The notes beneath the pieces are model-generated. The model worked only from the letters and a program-made list of their open reading frames with translations. It was not told the DNA's origin and did not search any database. This document shows, piece by piece, positions 8,899 through 17,784 of a stretch of DNA of 41,038 bases (its first letter is position 1; each line of letters begins with the position of its first letter). Made by a program: the position numbers and the translations under genes. This DNA comes from a virus (lineage: Duplodnaviria > Heunggongvirae > Uroviricota > Caudoviricetes): positions 1 to 41,038 of the IMG/VR virus record IMGVR_UViG_2909262264_000002, one strand, 5' to 3'.

Positions 8899-9200
8899 TA
8901 AGCACCGTACGGTAGTTTACTGTACAATTTTATTTTTTGGACTGCATGTATTTTGTTTCCTAACGGGTTTGAATCTTTGTAATAAATACTTCTATTTTTT
9001 CGAACAACTTCTTCTTTCTTCTTGCAGCAAAGGCTTCCTAGTGATGCTGCTTTGTCTGCTCTGACGCAACCAGAGAGCTTTAGCGCAATTTTTCGCGCCA
9101 GTGCTTCATTACTGCGTCGCTCGGCAATAAGTTCTGCTCTGCGAGCTTTGTAGCGGCTTTTTGCCGTACCTTTGGATTCTTTCCAGACAATGGTTACCAT
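8895..9200 (-). CDS. N: N-type transcription antiterminator, phi21-like (about 101 aa)
   Basis: N-terminal arginine-rich motif GTAKSRYKARRAELIAERR as I recall for phi21 N; located directly downstream of pL/nutL. Start taken at MVTIVWK; the ORF track extends to 9230. Confidence 0.8.
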   Translation of the reverse strand: MVTIVWKESKGTAKSRYKARRAELIAERRSNEALARKIALKLSGCVRADKAASLGSLCCKKKEEVVRKNRSIYYKDSNPLGNKIHAVQKIKLYSKLPYGAY

Positions 9201-9310
9201 GATGGTCTCCTTTAAGTGGCTTTGGCGCATGACGCGTCGAGGTGCTTATCTTCTCGATCGCTGTCTTGCAGCTGCAATTCGCGCCATCCCCAAAACCACT
9301 CAAGTTCTGG

Positions 9311-9350
9311 TCTCAATGGTTAGGTTGAGAGTCCGTCGATGTTAAAGAGC
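9311..9350 (-). promoter_or_regulatory. nutL: boxA plus boxB hairpin
   Basis: Minus-strand reading GCTCTTTAACA (boxA-like), a short spacer, then UCUCAA-CCUAACCA-UUGAGA hairpin (boxB), upstream of N. Confidence 0.6.
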
Positions 9351-9403
9351 CTGCCAATCTGTTCCGTTTGGCTTCCAGCGTCCTGCTGATAGCTTAAATT
9401 TAA

Positions 9404-9440
9404 GACTTCTTAATTTATTGGTCAAGTACATTTTTGAAGA
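9404..9440 (-). promoter_or_regulatory. pL promoter with overlapping OL operator palindrome
   Basis: Minus-strand TTGACC, 17-nt spacer, TAAATT; embedded palindrome AATTAAGAAGTCTTAAATT resembles P22-type operators. Confidence 0.5.
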
Positions 9441-9487
9441 AAACTTAATTTTATGGGCGTGAATTTAGTTTGTCTTTGATTTTTAAC

Positions 9488-9512
9488 GGGAAATAAAAAA
9501 GGGGCGAAAGCC
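9488..9512 (-). terminator. Putative intrinsic terminator after the repressor gene
   Basis: Minus-strand GGGGCTTTCGCCCC hairpin followed by TTTTTTATTT just 3' of the c2 stop. Confidence 0.5.
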
Positions 9513-9514
9513 CC

Positions 9515-10165
9515 TTAAGGAAGGTTTGCTAGCTTGGCATCAACGACAACGCCAATGATTTTACAGTTCCCATTGATTTCAATCATTGGGTATTGTGGAT
9601 TGAGTGGTTTCAGGAATTTTCTACCGGCATCAATAACTAACTTTTTGAATGTCGCCTCGTTTTCTCCTTCAAGTTTGGCGACTACCAGCTTTCCATTACG
9701 TGGTTCGACTTCTGGGTCGACGAGAATAATCATCCCCTCAGGAATACTCAGTCCTGCCGGGGCAGTCATTGAATCGCCTTTAACGTCGAGCCAAAAAGAG
9801 TCTTCAGAACAATCTACCGTTGTGTCGTACCAGTTATCTATTGCACGCCTATGATATGGCTCTACAGCTTCCATCCAACATCCTGCGCTTACCCAACTAA
9901 TTAGAGGATACGAACCTCTTGGATCATGCCTGCTGTGATAGGCAATGTTTGAAAGACTATCCTCTCCTTTCAACAGGTAATCAGGGGAGCACTGCAAAGC
10001 CTTGGCTAAGGCCAATAGGTTTTCGCCATTGGGCTCAGTTTCAGATCGCTCCCATTGGGAAATAGCAACATTAGACACGCCAACCATCTTGCCAAGGGCA
10101 GCCTGCCTAATCTTGAGTTCTTTTCTGCGAGCGCGAATACGCTCACCCATCAGTTGTGTATTCAT
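9515..10165 (-). CDS. c2: Prophage repressor, P22 C2 / lambda CI type (HTH plus S24 LexA-like autopeptidase, 216 aa)
   Basis: Translation MNTQLMGERIRARRKELKIRQAALGKMVGVSNVAISQWERSETEPNGENLL... is nearly identical to the P22 C2 repressor as I remember it. Confidence 0.95.
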   Translation of the reverse strand: MNTQLMGERIRARRKELKIRQAALGKMVGVSNVAISQWERSETEPNGENLLALAKALQCSPDYLLKGEDSLSNIAYHSRHDPRGSYPLISWVSAGCWMEAVEPYHRRAIDNWYDTTVDCSEDSFWLDVKGDSMTAPAGLSIPEGMIILVDPEVEPRNGKLVVAKLEGENEATFKKLVIDAGRKFLKPLNPQYPMIEINGNCKIIGVVVDAKLANLP

Positions 10166-10245
10166 AGTTAAGACATCTTAAATAAACTTGACTTAAGATT
10201 CCTTTGGTGGATAATTTAAGTGTTCTTTAATTTCGGAGCGAGTCT
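10166..10245. promoter_or_regulatory. OR operator region with divergent pR and pRM
   Basis: pR: TTGACT (about 10188) / 16 nt / GATAAT (about 10210). Operator-like ATTTAAGTGTTCTTTAAT overlaps the -10 and a second copy ACTTAAGATTCCTTTGGT overlaps the -35. The repressor ATG abuts the region, so the pRM transcript would be nearly leaderless as in lambda. Confidence 0.65.
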
Positions 10246-10431
10246 ATGTACAAAAAAGATGTTATTGACCACTTCGGAACCCAGCGTGCTGTTGCTAAAG
10301 CACTAGGCATTAGCGATGCAGCAGTCTCTCAGTGGAAAGAAGTTATCCCAGAGAAAGACGCCTATCGATTGGAAATCGTTACAGCTGGCGCCCTGAAGTA
10401 TCAAGAAAGTGCTTACCGCCAAGCGGCATAA
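10246..10431 (+). CDS. cro: Cro (61 aa), P22-type
   Basis: Translation MYKKDVIDHFGTQRAVAKALGISDAAVSQWKEVIPEKDAYRLEIVTAGALKYQ... matches P22 Cro; SD GGAG sits 7 nt upstream. Confidence 0.9.
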   Translation: MYKKDVIDHFGTQRAVAKALGISDAAVSQWKEVIPEKDAYRLEIVTAGALKYQESAYRQAA

Positions 10432-10437
10432 GCAAAT

Positions 10438-10486
10438 TGCTCTTTAACAGTTCTGGCCTTTCACCTCTAACCAGGTGAGCAAACAT
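10438..10486 (+). promoter_or_regulatory. nutR: boxA TGCTCTTTAACA plus boxB-like hairpin
   Basis: boxA consensus immediately after the cro stop; hairpin TCACC-TCTAACCA-GGTGA follows. Confidence 0.55.
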
Positions 10487-10546
10487 CAGCGGCAAATCCA
10501 TTGGGTGTGCCGCTATAACTCAATATCAATATAGGAAAATTAACAA

Positions 10547-10846
10547 ATGGCACAAGCAAGCTACAGCAAGCCAACACAGCGAGAAATTGATCGCGCTGAA
10601 ACTGATTTACTCATCAACCTGTCAACGCTTACCCAGCGCGGTCTGGCAAAGATGATTGGCTGTCATGAATCGAAGATAAGCAGAACGGACTGGAGGTTTA
10701 TAGCTTCGGTCTTGTGTGCTTTTGGCATGGCATCAGACATCAGTCCGATTAGCAGAGCTTTTAAGTATGCGCTTGATGAAATCACCAATAAAAAACGCCC
10801 GGTGTGCAAGACCGAGCGTTCTAATCAAATCCAGATGGAATTCTGA
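10547..10846 (+). CDS. cII: CII-type lysogeny activator (P22 C1-like, 99 aa)
   Basis: C-terminus KKRPVCKTERSNQIQMEF parallels the lambda CII C-terminus KKRPAATERSEQIQMEF. Confidence 0.85.
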   Translation: MAQASYSKPTQREIDRAETDLLINLSTLTQRGLAKMIGCHESKISRTDWRFIASVLCAFGMASDISPISRAFKYALDEITNKKRPVCKTERSNQIQMEF

Positions 10847-10878
10847 GGTCATTACTGGATCTATCAACAGGAGTCATT

Positions 10879-11778
10879 ATGACAAATACAGCAAAAATAC
10901 TCAACTTCGGCAGAGGTAACTTTGCCGGACAGGAGCGTAATGTGGCAGATCTCGATGATGGTTACGCCAGACTATCAAATATGCTGCTTGAGGCTTATTC
11001 AGGCGCAGATCTGACCAAGCGACAGTTTAAAGTGCTGCTTGCCATTCTGCGTAAAACCTATGGGTGGAATAAACCAATGGACAGAATCACCGATTCTCAA
11101 CTTAGCGAGATTACAAAGTTACCTGTCAAACGGTGCAATGAAGCCAAGTTAGAACTCGTCAGAATGAATATTATCAAGCAGCAAGGCGGCATGTTTGGAC
11201 CAAATAAAAACATCTCAGAATGGTGTATCCCTCAAAACGAGGGAAAATCCCCTAAAACGAGGGATAAAACATCCCTCAAATTGGGGGATTACTATCCCTC
11301 AAAACAGGGGGACACAAAAGACACTATTACAAAAGAAAAAAGAAAAGATTATTCGTCCGAGAATTCTGGCGAATCCTCTGACCAGCCAGAAAACGATCTT
11401 TCTGTGGTTAAACCGGATGCTGCAATTCAGAGCGGCAGCAAGTGGGGGACAGCAGAAGACCTGACCGCCGCAGAGTGGATGTTTGACATGGTGAAGACCA
11501 TCGCGCCATCAGCCAGAAAACCGAATTTTGCAGGGTGGGCTAACGATATCCGCCTGATGCGTGAACGTGACGGACGTAACCACCGCGACATGTGCGTGCT
11601 GTTCCGCTGGGCATGCCAGGACAACTTCTGGTCCGGTAACGTGCTTAGCCCGGCCAAACTCCGCGACAAGTGGACCCAGCTCGAAATCAACCGTAACAAG
11701 CAACAGGCAGTCGTGACAGCCAGCAAACCAAAACTCGACCTGACAAACACAGACTGGATTTACGGGGTGGATCTATGA
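10879..11778 (+). CDS. O: Replication initiator O (299 aa)
   Basis: Translation matches lambda O over its full length as I remember it. Confidence 0.95.
   Translation: MTNTAKILNFGRGNFAGQERNVADLDDGYARLSNMLLEAYSGADLTKRQFKVLLAILRKTYGWNKPMDRITDSQLSEITKLPVKRCNEAKLELVRMNIIKQQGGMFGPNKNISEWCIPQNEGKSPKTRDKTSLKLGDYYPSKQGDTKDTITKEKRKDYSSENSGESSDQPENDLSVVKPDAAIQSGSKWGTAEDLTAAEWMFDMVKTIAPSARKPNFAGWANDIRLMRERDGRNHRDMCVLFRWACQDNFWSGNVLSPAKLRDKWTQLEINRNKQQAVVTASKPKLDLTNTDWIYGVDL
11225..11360 (+). repeat. Origin of replication: four iterons (TCCCTCAAAACGAGGG-like) plus adjacent AT-rich tract, inside O
   Basis: Direct repeats ATCCCTCAAAACGAGGGAAA / ATCCCCTAAAACGAGGGATA / ATCCCTCAAATTGGGGGATT / TATCCCTCAAAACAGGGGGACA followed by an A-rich stretch, as in lambda ori. 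Confidence 0.8.
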
Positions 11779-12476
11779 AAAACATCGCCGCACAGATGGT
11801 TAACTTTGACCGTGAGCAGATGCGTCGGATCGCCAACAACATGCCGGAACAGTACGACGAAAAGCCGCAGGTACAGCAGGTAGCGCAGATCATCAACGGT
11901 GTGTTCAGCCAGTTACTGGCAACTTTCCCGGCGAGTCTGGCTAACCGTGACCAGAACGAACTGAACGAAATCCGCCGCCAGTGGGTTCTGGCTTTCCGGG
12001 AAAACGGGATCACCACAATGGAACAGGTTAACGCAGGAATGCGCGTAGCCCGTCGGCAGAATCGACCATTTCTGCCATCACCCGGGCAGTTTGTTGCATG
12101 GTGCCGGGAAGAAGCATCCGTTATCGCCGGACTGCCAAACGTCAGCGAGCTGGTTGATATGGTTTACGAGTATTGCCGGAAGCGAGGCCTGTATCCGGAT
12201 GCGGAGTCTTATCCGTGGAAATCAAACGCGCACTACTGGCTGGTTACCAACCTGTATCAGAACATGCGGGCCAATGCGCTTACTGATGCGGAATTACGCC
12301 GTAAGGCCGCAGATGAGCTTGTCCATATGACTGCGAGAATTAACCGTGGTGAGGCGATCCCTGAACCAGTAAAACAACTTCCTGTCATGGGCGGTAGACC
12401 TCTAAATCGTGCACAGGCTCTGGCGAAGATCGCAGAAATCAAAGCTAAGTTCGGACTGAAAGGAGCAAGTGTATGA
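11775..12476 (+). CDS. P: Replication protein P (DnaB loader, 233 aa)
   Basis: Translation MKNIAAQMVNFDREQMRRIANNMPEQYDEKPQVQQVAQIINGVFSQ... matches lambda P; 4-nt overlap with O. Confidence 0.95.
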   Translation: MKNIAAQMVNFDREQMRRIANNMPEQYDEKPQVQQVAQIINGVFSQLLATFPASLANRDQNELNEIRRQWVLAFRENGITTMEQVNAGMRVARRQNRPFLPSPGQFVAWCREEASVIAGLPNVSELVDMVYEYCRKRGLYPDAESYPWKSNAHYWLVTNLYQNMRANALTDAELRRKAADELVHMTARINRGEAIPEPVKQLPVMGGRPLNRAQALAKIAEIKAKFGLKGASV

Positions 12477-12763
12477 CGGGCAAAGAGGCAATTATTCATT
12501 ACCTGGGGACGCATAATAGCTTCTGTGCGCCGGACGTTGCCGCGCTAACAGGCGCAACAGTAACCAGCATAAATCAGGCCGCGGCTAAAATGGCACGGGC
12601 AGGTCTTCTGGTTATCGAAGGTAAGGTCTGGCGAACGGTGTATTACCGGTTTGCTACCAGGGAAGAACGGGAAGGAAAGATGAGCACGAACCTGATTTTT
12701 AAGGAGTGTCGCCAGAGTGCCGCGATGAAACGGGTATTGGCGGTATATGGAGTTAAAAGATGA
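12473..12763 (+). CDS. ren: Ren (96 aa)
   Basis: Translation MTGKEAIIHYLGTHNSFCAPDVAALTGATVTSINQAAAKMARAGLL... matches lambda Ren. Confidence 0.85.
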   Translation: MTGKEAIIHYLGTHNSFCAPDVAALTGATVTSINQAAAKMARAGLLVIEGKVWRTVYYRFATREEREGKMSTNLIFKECRQSAAMKRVLAVYGVKR

Positions 12764-12785
12764 CCATCTACATCACTGAGCTAAT

Positions 12786-12818
12786 AACAGGCCTGCTGGT
12801 AATCGCAGGCCTTTTTAT
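12786..12818 (+). terminator. tR2-like intrinsic terminator
   Basis: AGGCCTGC-TGGTAATC-GCAGGCCT hairpin followed by TTTTTATTT, between ren and ninB. Confidence 0.6.
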
Positions 12819-12836
12819 TTGGGGGAGAGGGAAGTC

Positions 12837-13277
12837 ATGAAAAAACTAACCTTTGAAATTCGATCTCCAGCACATCAGCAAAACGCTATTCACGCGGTAC
12901 AGCAAATTCTTCCAGACCCAACCAAACCAATCGTAGTAACCATTCAGGAACGCAACCGCAGCTTAGACCAAAACAGGAAGCTATGGGCCTGCTTAGGTGA
13001 CGTCTCTCGTCAGGTTGAATGGCATGGTCGCTGGCTGGATGCAGAAAGCTGGAAGTGTGTGTTTACCGCAGCATTAAAGCAGCAGGATGTTGTTCCTAAC
13101 CTTGCCGGGAATGGCTTTGTGGTAATAGGCCAGTCAACCAGCAGGATGCGTGTAGGCGAATTTGCGGAGCTATTAGAGCTTATACAGGCATTCGGTACAG
13201 AGCGTGGCGTTAAGTGGTCAGACGAAGCGCGACTGGCTCTCGAATGGAAAGCGCGATGGGGAGACAGGGCGGCATGA
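12837..13277 (+). CDS. ninB: NinB (Orf) recombination mediator (146 aa)
   Basis: Translation from the internal [51 protein letters not shown]... matches lambda NinB; the ORF track starts 18 nt earlier. Confidence 0.9.
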   Translation: MKKLTFEIRSPAHQQNAIHAVQQILPDPTKPIVVTIQERNRSLDQNRKLWACLGDVSRQVEWHGRWLDAESWKCVFTAALKQQDVVPNLAGNGFVVIGQSTSRMRVGEFAELLELIQAFGTERGVKWSDEARLALEWKARWGDRAA

Positions 13278-13456
13278 GACGACAGCGACGAAGTATCACC
13301 GACATCATCTGCGAAAACTGCAAATACCTTCCAACGAAGCGCTCCAGAAATAAACGCAAGCCAATCCCAAAAGAATCTGACGTAAAAACCTTCAACTACA
13401 CGGCTCACCTGTGGGATATCCGGTGGCTTAGAGAACGTGCGAGGAAAACAAGGTGA
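13274..13456 (+). CDS. ninE: NinE (60 aa)
   Basis: [60 protein letters not shown] matches lambda NinE; start taken at the internal Met. Confidence 0.8.
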   Translation: MRRQRRSITDIICENCKYLPTKRSRNKRKPIPKESDVKTFNYTAHLWDIRWLRERARKTR

Positions 13457-13623
13457 TTGACCAAAATCGAAGTTACGAACAAGGAAGTGTCGAGCGAGCT
13501 TTAACGTGCGCTAACTGCGGTCAGAAGCTGCATGTGCTGGAAGTTCACGTGTGTGAGCACTGCTGCGCAGAACTGATGAGCGATCCGAATAGCTCGATGC
13601 ACGAGGAAGAAGACGATGGCTAA
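13453..13623 (+). CDS. ninF: NinF (about 56 aa, GTG start)
   Basis: Hand translation from GTG gives [55 protein letters not shown], matching lambda NinF; below track cut-off. Confidence 0.75.
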   Translation: MIDQNRSYEQGSVERALTCANCGQKLHVLEVHVCEHCCAELMSDPNSSMHEEEDDG

Positions 13624-14227
13624 ACCAGCGCGAAGACGATGTAAAAACGATGAATGTCGGGAATGGTTTCACCCTGCATTCGCCAATCAGTGGTGGTGCT
13701 CTCCAGAGTGTGGAACCAAGATAGCACTCGAACGACGAAGCAAAGAACGCGAAAAAGCGGAAAAGGCAGCAGAGAAGAAACGACGACGAGAGGAGCAGAA
13801 ACAGAAAGATAAACTTAAGATTCGAAAACTCGCCTTAAAGCCCCGCAGTTACTGGATTAAACAAGCCCAACAAGCCGTAAACGCCTTCATCAGAGAAAGA
13901 GACCGCGACTTACCATGTATCTCGTGCGGAACGCTCACGTCTGCTCAGTGGGATGCCGGGCATTACCGGACAACTGCTGCGGCGCCTCAACTCCGATTTG
14001 ATGAACGCAATATTCACAAGCAATGCGTGGTGTGCAACCAGCACAAAAGCGGAAATCTCGTTCCGTATCGCGTCGAACTGATTAACCGCATCGGGCAGGA
14101 AGCAGTAGACGAAATCGAATCAAACCATAACCGCCATCGCTGGACTGTCGAAGAGTGCAGGGCCATCAAGGCGGAGTATCAACAGAAACTTAAAAAACTG
14201 CGAAACAGCAGAAGTGAGGCTGCATGA
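13616..14227 (+). CDS. ninG: NinG / Rap recombination-associated endonuclease (203 aa)
   Basis: Translation [51 protein letters not shown]... matches lambda NinG. Confidence 0.9.
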   Translation: MAKPARRRCKNDECREWFHPAFANQWWCSPECGTKIALERRSKEREKAEKAAEKKRRREEQKQKDKLKIRKLALKPRSYWIKQAQQAVNAFIRERDRDLPCISCGTLTSAQWDAGHYRTTAAAPQLRFDERNIHKQCVVCNQHKSGNLVPYRVELINRIGQEAVDEIESNHNRHRWTVEECRAIKAEYQQKLKKLRNSRSEAA

Positions 14228-14895
14228 ATATCTACGAAAGAATTGATGGCAGCAAATACCGAAATATTTGGGTAGTTGGCGATCTGCACGGATGCTACAC
14301 GAACCTGATGAACAAACTGGATACGATTGGATTCGACAACAAAAAAGACCTGCTTATCTCGGTGGGCGATTTGGTTGATCGTGGTGCAGAGAACGTTGAA
14401 TGCCTGGAATTAATCACATTCCCCTGGTTCAGAGCTGTACGTGGAAACCATGAGCAAATGATGATTGATGGCTTATCAGAGCGTGGAAACGTTAATCACT
14501 GGCTGCTTAATGGCGGTGGCTGGTTCTTTAATCTCGATTACGACAAAGAAATTCTGGCTAAAGCTCTTGCCCATAAAGCAGAAGAACTTCCGTTAATCAT
14601 CGAACTGGTGAGCAAAGGTAAAAAATATGTCATCTGCCACGCCGATTATCCTTGTGACGAATACGAATTTGGAAAGCCAGTTGATCATCAGCAGGTAATC
14701 TGGAACCGCGAACGAATCAGCAACTCACAAGACGGGATCGTTAAAGAAATTAAAGGCGCGGACACGTTTATCTTTGGTCATACGCCAGCAGTGAAACCAC
14801 TCAAATTTGCCAACCAGATGTATATCGATACTGGGGCAGTGTTCTGCGGAAATCTCACATTGATTCAGGTACAGGGAGAAGGCGCGTGGGCATAA
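14224..14895 (+). CDS. ninI: Ser/Thr protein phosphatase, lambda PPase (NinI) type (223 aa)
   Basis: Metallophosphatase motifs GDLHG, GDLVDRG, GNHE; near-identical to lambda phosphatase as I remember it. Confidence 0.9.
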   Translation: MNIYERIDGSKYRNIWVVGDLHGCYTNLMNKLDTIGFDNKKDLLISVGDLVDRGAENVECLELITFPWFRAVRGNHEQMMIDGLSERGNVNHWLLNGGGWFFNLDYDKEILAKALAHKAEELPLIIELVSKGKKYVICHADYPCDEYEFGKPVDHQQVIWNRERISNSQDGIVKEIKGADTFIFGHTPAVKPLKFANQMYIDTGAVFCGNLTLIQVQGEGAWA

Positions 14896-15374
14896 GAGAA
14901 CTAAACCTCACCAAAGAACAGCATGAGTGGCTGAATGGCTGGCTTGAACTGTGGGGCGCATGGGTTTATTCAGGTCGTCTGGAAAAGCGCATGAGCAGCG
15001 TAATAGCGAAGTTCATGGAGAGCGTAGAGCCGGGAAGAGTTATGACAAGGCCAATGTGTAATGATGATGATGGAATGTTGATTTCTCAGGTCGTCGATTC
15101 CGTCATGTACATTGACAAGAAAGCCTTTGGCATCCTCCTCAGCTACTACGCCCACGGCTCTTCCAAGCACGCCATTGCATCTTACTATCATCGCGTCGCA
15201 AGACCTCGCAAGATGTTATGCCGGGGCGGCGGGCGCATTCAAAAACCATCGCTCGCAACCTGTCGACGGGAAGTTGACGAAATCCTCAATGCCTCGTTGT
15301 TTATGATTTACCCGGTTCTGGATAGTGCGTTTAAAAACCGGAAACGTGTAGAGAAAATTAAACATGTAGCATAG
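14886..15374 (+). CDS. Q: Late-gene antiterminator Q (Q21/933W-like family, 162 aa)
   Basis: Position between the nin region and the lysis genes; the W..WGAW..C.DDD..I pattern resembles short Q proteins of phi21 / Stx phages. Unlike lambda Q. Confidence 0.75.
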   Translation: MGIRELNLTKEQHEWLNGWLELWGAWVYSGRLEKRMSSVIAKFMESVEPGRVMTRPMCNDDDGMLISQVVDSVMYIDKKAFGILLSYYAHGSSKHAIASYYHRVARPRKMLCRGGGRIQKPSLATCRREVDEILNASLFMIYPVLDSAFKNRKRVEKIKHVA

Positions 15375-15377
15375 AAC

Positions 15378-15412
15378 GTGTTGACATCATTGAGCAAATG
15401 AGCAACACTATT
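15378..15412 (+). promoter_or_regulatory. Putative late promoter pR' / Q-utilisation region
   Basis: TTGACA immediately after the Q stop; the -10 element is not clear by eye. Confidence 0.3.
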
Positions 15413-15417
15413 CGCAT

Positions 15418-15462
15418 AAGCTGCCGTTAGTGACTCTTAAGTTGCAACGGTGGCTTTTTTTA
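15418..15462 (+). terminator. Possible tR'-like terminator (imperfect hairpin plus T-run TTTTTTTATTT)
   Basis: T-run at about 15455-15465 preceded by a GC-containing imperfect inverted repeat; would be read through under Q. Confidence 0.3.
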
Positions 15463-15465
15463 TTT

Positions 15466-15540
15466 GGGTCAGTCGTATAAAGGTCATTACGGAAGGCTGT
15501 TAACCTTCTTATCGTGGTTCGAGTCCACGCTGTCCCGCCA
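15466..15540 (+). tRNA. tRNA with anticodon GUU (Asn-like), 75 nt
   Basis: Hand-folded cloverleaf: acceptor GGGTCAG/CTGTCCC (one U-U mismatch), D-loop with GG, anticodon stem GAAGG/CCTTC with loop CTGTTAA, T-arm CGTGG-TTCGAGT-CCACG, discriminator G, encoded CCA. Confidence 0.55.
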
Positions 15541-15545
15541 AATAT

Positions 15546-15621
15546 GCTGGTTTAGCTCCAATGGTAGAGCGGTCGCCTTGTAAGCGAATGGGTAGCGGTT
15601 CAAGTCCGTTAACCAGCACCA
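15546..15621 (+). tRNA. tRNA with anticodon UGU (Thr-like), 76 nt
   Basis: Hand-folded: acceptor GCTGGTT/AACCAGC, D-arm GCTC-CAATGGTA-GAGC, anticodon loop CTTGTAA, T-arm AGCGG-TTCAAGT-CCGTT, discriminator A, encoded CCA; the D-arm resembles E. coli tRNA-Thr. Confidence 0.6.
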
Positions 15622-15739
15622 TAACTGAGCCGTAGCCACTGGATGTCCTGAATTCATCAGTGATAGTTATGCTGCGGTCTTCTTTTTCTCCCTTCCCAAT
15701 ATAAGAACTACGCAATCCGTTACTGGCGGAGGCGTTGCT

Positions 15740-15955
15740 ATGAAATCAATGGACAAAATCTCAACTGGCATTGCCTACGGAACATCCGCTGGTAGTGCGG
15801 GATACTGGTTTTTGCAGTGGTTGGATCAGGTCAGTCCGTCACAGTGGGCTGCAATTGGTGTGCTGGGAAGTCTAGTTCTGGGCTTTTTGACTTATCTGAC
15901 AAATCTGTACTTCAAAATCAGAGAAGACAGAAGAAAGGCTGCGAGAGGTGAATAA
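15740..15955 (+). CDS. S: Pinholin S21-type holin/antiholin (71 aa, dual start)
   Basis: [71 protein letters not shown] matches phi21 S as I remember it; Met1 and Met4 give the S71/S68 pair. Confidence 0.9.
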   Translation: MKSMDKISTGIAYGTSAGSAGYWFLQWLDQVSPSQWAAIGVLGSLVLGFLTYLTNLYFKIREDRRKAARGE

Positions 15956-16452
15956 TGCCTCCGTCATTACGAAAAGCTGTTGCTGCTGCTATTGGTGGCG
16001 GGGCTATTGCTATAGCATCAGTGTTAATCACTGGTCCAGGTGGTAACGATGGTCTGGAAGGTGTCAGCTACATACCATACAAAGATATCGTTGGCGTATG
16101 GACTGTATGTCACGGGCATACAGGAAAAGACATCATTCCCGGTAAAACGTATACCGAAGCAGAATGCAAAGCCCTCCTGAATAAAGACCTTGCCACGGTA
16201 GCCAGACAAATTAACCCGTACATCAAAGTCGATATACCGGAAACAACGCGCGGCGCTCTTTACTCATTCGTTTACAACGTGGGTGCTGGCAATTTCAGAA
16301 CATCGACGCTTCTGCGCAAAATCAACCAGGGCGATATCAAAGGCGCATGTGATCAGCTACGTCGCTGGACATACGCTGGCGGTAAGCAATGGAAAGGTCT
16401 GATGACTCGTCGTGAGATTGAGCGTGAAGTCTGTTTGTGGGGGCAACAATGA
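15955..16452 (+). CDS. R: SAR endolysin (lysozyme with N-terminal signal-anchor-release domain, 165 aa)
   Basis: Gly/Ala-rich weakly hydrophobic N-terminal segment followed by a lysozyme-like domain; matches phi21 R. Confidence 0.9.
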   Translation: MPPSLRKAVAAAIGGGAIAIASVLITGPGGNDGLEGVSYIPYKDIVGVWTVCHGHTGKDIIPGKTYTEAECKALLNKDLATVARQINPYIKVDIPETTRGALYSFVYNVGAGNFRTSTLLRKINQGDIKGACDQLRRWTYAGGKQWKGLMTRREIEREVCLWGQQ

Positions 16453-16540
16453 GCATGATTTGCTTTTTCATGGCAGCGTTGCTCGCATTCAATGGCAACG
16501 ATGCGTGGCCGTGGTTTCTGGCCGTTGGAGTGTTGATGTC

Positions 16541-17002
16541 ATGAGTCGGTTAACCGCGATTATCTCCGCTCTGGTTATCTGCATCATCGTCTGCCTGTCA
16601 TTGGCTGTTAATCATTACCGTGATAACGCAATCGCCTACAAAGAGCAGCGCGATAACAAGGCCAGTGAACTGGAGAAGGCGAACGCCACCATTACTGACA
16701 TGCAGCAGCGCCAGCGTGATGCTGATGCACTCGATGCTAAATACACCGGAGAACTAGCTGATGCGAAAAAGCAGCTTGATGATCTGCAGCGTTGTGTTCG
16801 CACTGGCAAGTGTGGGCTGCACTTCAATGCCCGATGTCCAGCGAGCGGAAAGACCGGCACCGGCAGCTTGGGCGATGCTTCCAGCCCCGGACTTACTGAC
16901 TCCGCTGAACGGGATTATTTCACCCTCAGAGAGCGAATCGTCACAGTGACGAAGCAGGTCGGCTACTTGCAGGACTACATCAAAGAGCAGTGTTCAAATT
17001 AG
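16541..17002 (+). CDS. Rz: i-spanin Rz (153 aa)
   Basis: N-terminal TM helix ([20 protein letters not shown]) then a coiled-coil-like charged region; start chosen at the internal Met after the endolysin. Confidence 0.8.
   Translation: MSRLTAIISALVICIIVCLSLAVNHYRDNAIAYKEQRDNKASELEKANATITDMQQRQRDADALDAKYTGELADAKKQLDDLQRCVRTGKCGLHFNARCPASGKTGTGSLGDASSPGLTDSAERDYFTLRERIVTVTKQVGYLQDYIKEQCSN
16761..16949 (+). CDS. Rz1: o-spanin Rz1 (62 aa lipoprotein) embedded in the +1 frame of Rz
   Basis: Signal peptide with a lipobox-like LASVGC, Pro-rich mature part, entirely inside Rz. Confidence 0.7.
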   Translation: MRKSSLMICSVVFALASVGCTSMPDVQRAERPAPAAWAMLPAPDLLTPLNGIISPSESESSQ

Positions 17003-17060
17003 TGTTAATGAAGAATTTTAAGGGTAATATTATCTCTATTTCTCAGGATGGAGGTAATTT

Positions 17061-17468
17061 ATGCAGACCGATCTGGAATACTTGAAGGGAATGTTAGGGG
17101 TTTTTATTAAGGCTGGCAGACCATTGATATCAGCTAATGACCTTAAAAAAGCTGGATACGAAATAAGCAGCGATAAAGGACTCTTTCATTACTACCAATT
17201 GATTGAGAGAGGTTATATCAGTAACCATTTTCTAGAAATAGGCGATCCTAAGAAATTAGGACTTACTATTGGGCTTAATGAAATCCGTGAATGGCCAGCC
17301 AATGTAAGACTCACGTCATCAGGCCAAGAGTTTGCAGAAACCCTTCAACAAAAGGATGTTTTTGAGAAGCTAAAAACAATTAGCGATCAACCATTATCGG
17401 TATTGAAAGATGTTGGTGTAGAGCTTCTAAAATCCTACGCAAAAAAGAAATTTGGTCTTTCAGATTAA
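17061..17468 (+). CDS. Hypothetical protein (135 aa); paralog of the ORF at 2009..2437
   Basis: See the paralog alignment blocks; lies between the lysis cassette and terminase (moron position). Confidence 0.6.
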   Translation: MQTDLEYLKGMLGVFIKAGRPLISANDLKKAGYEISSDKGLFHYYQLIERGYISNHFLEIGDPKKLGLTIGLNEIREWPANVRLTSSGQEFAETLQQKDVFEKLKTISDQPLSVLKDVGVELLKSYAKKKFGLSD

Positions 17469-17469
17469 C

Positions 17470-17492
17470 TGCCTATGGGCGGTTTTTATTGC
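17470..17492 (+). terminator. Putative intrinsic terminator
   Basis: CTGCC-TATG-GGCGG hairpin followed by TTTTTATT directly after the 17061..17468 stop. Confidence 0.4.
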
Positions 17493-17784
17493 CATTACGA
17501 TGATTCTCCCCATTGTGATGGCAGTATCCCCTACAGAGGATAATTAACCATATATCCCCACAAGCAGATAAAGAGGCTCTCAATGTCCGACATCTACCAA
17601 ACCCAAACAGGCGAAACCTTTACGGGCAAGACGTCACGACGTCAGCCTGAGCTGGTTAATGGCTTTATGCAGCTGGCTACCGAGACGGGCGAGTAAATAA
17701 CTCCATTAGGAGAATGTGGAACCATTACACTTTGAGCCGTTAACTGATATTGATAAAGGTAAATAATATCCTGGTTAAGGTTTT

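Noticed and set aside
11225-11320. Direct repeats inside O as a possible CRISPR array
   Set aside because: Only four 18-20-bp repeats without spacers of CRISPR size; they are the ori iterons inside the O coding sequence.
11427-12016. Minus-strand ORFs antisense to O and P
   Set aside because: Antisense shadows of well-supported replication genes.
15509-15715. Minus-strand 68-aa ORF
   Set aside because: Overlaps the two tRNA genes; the translation is an artefact of reading the tRNA region.
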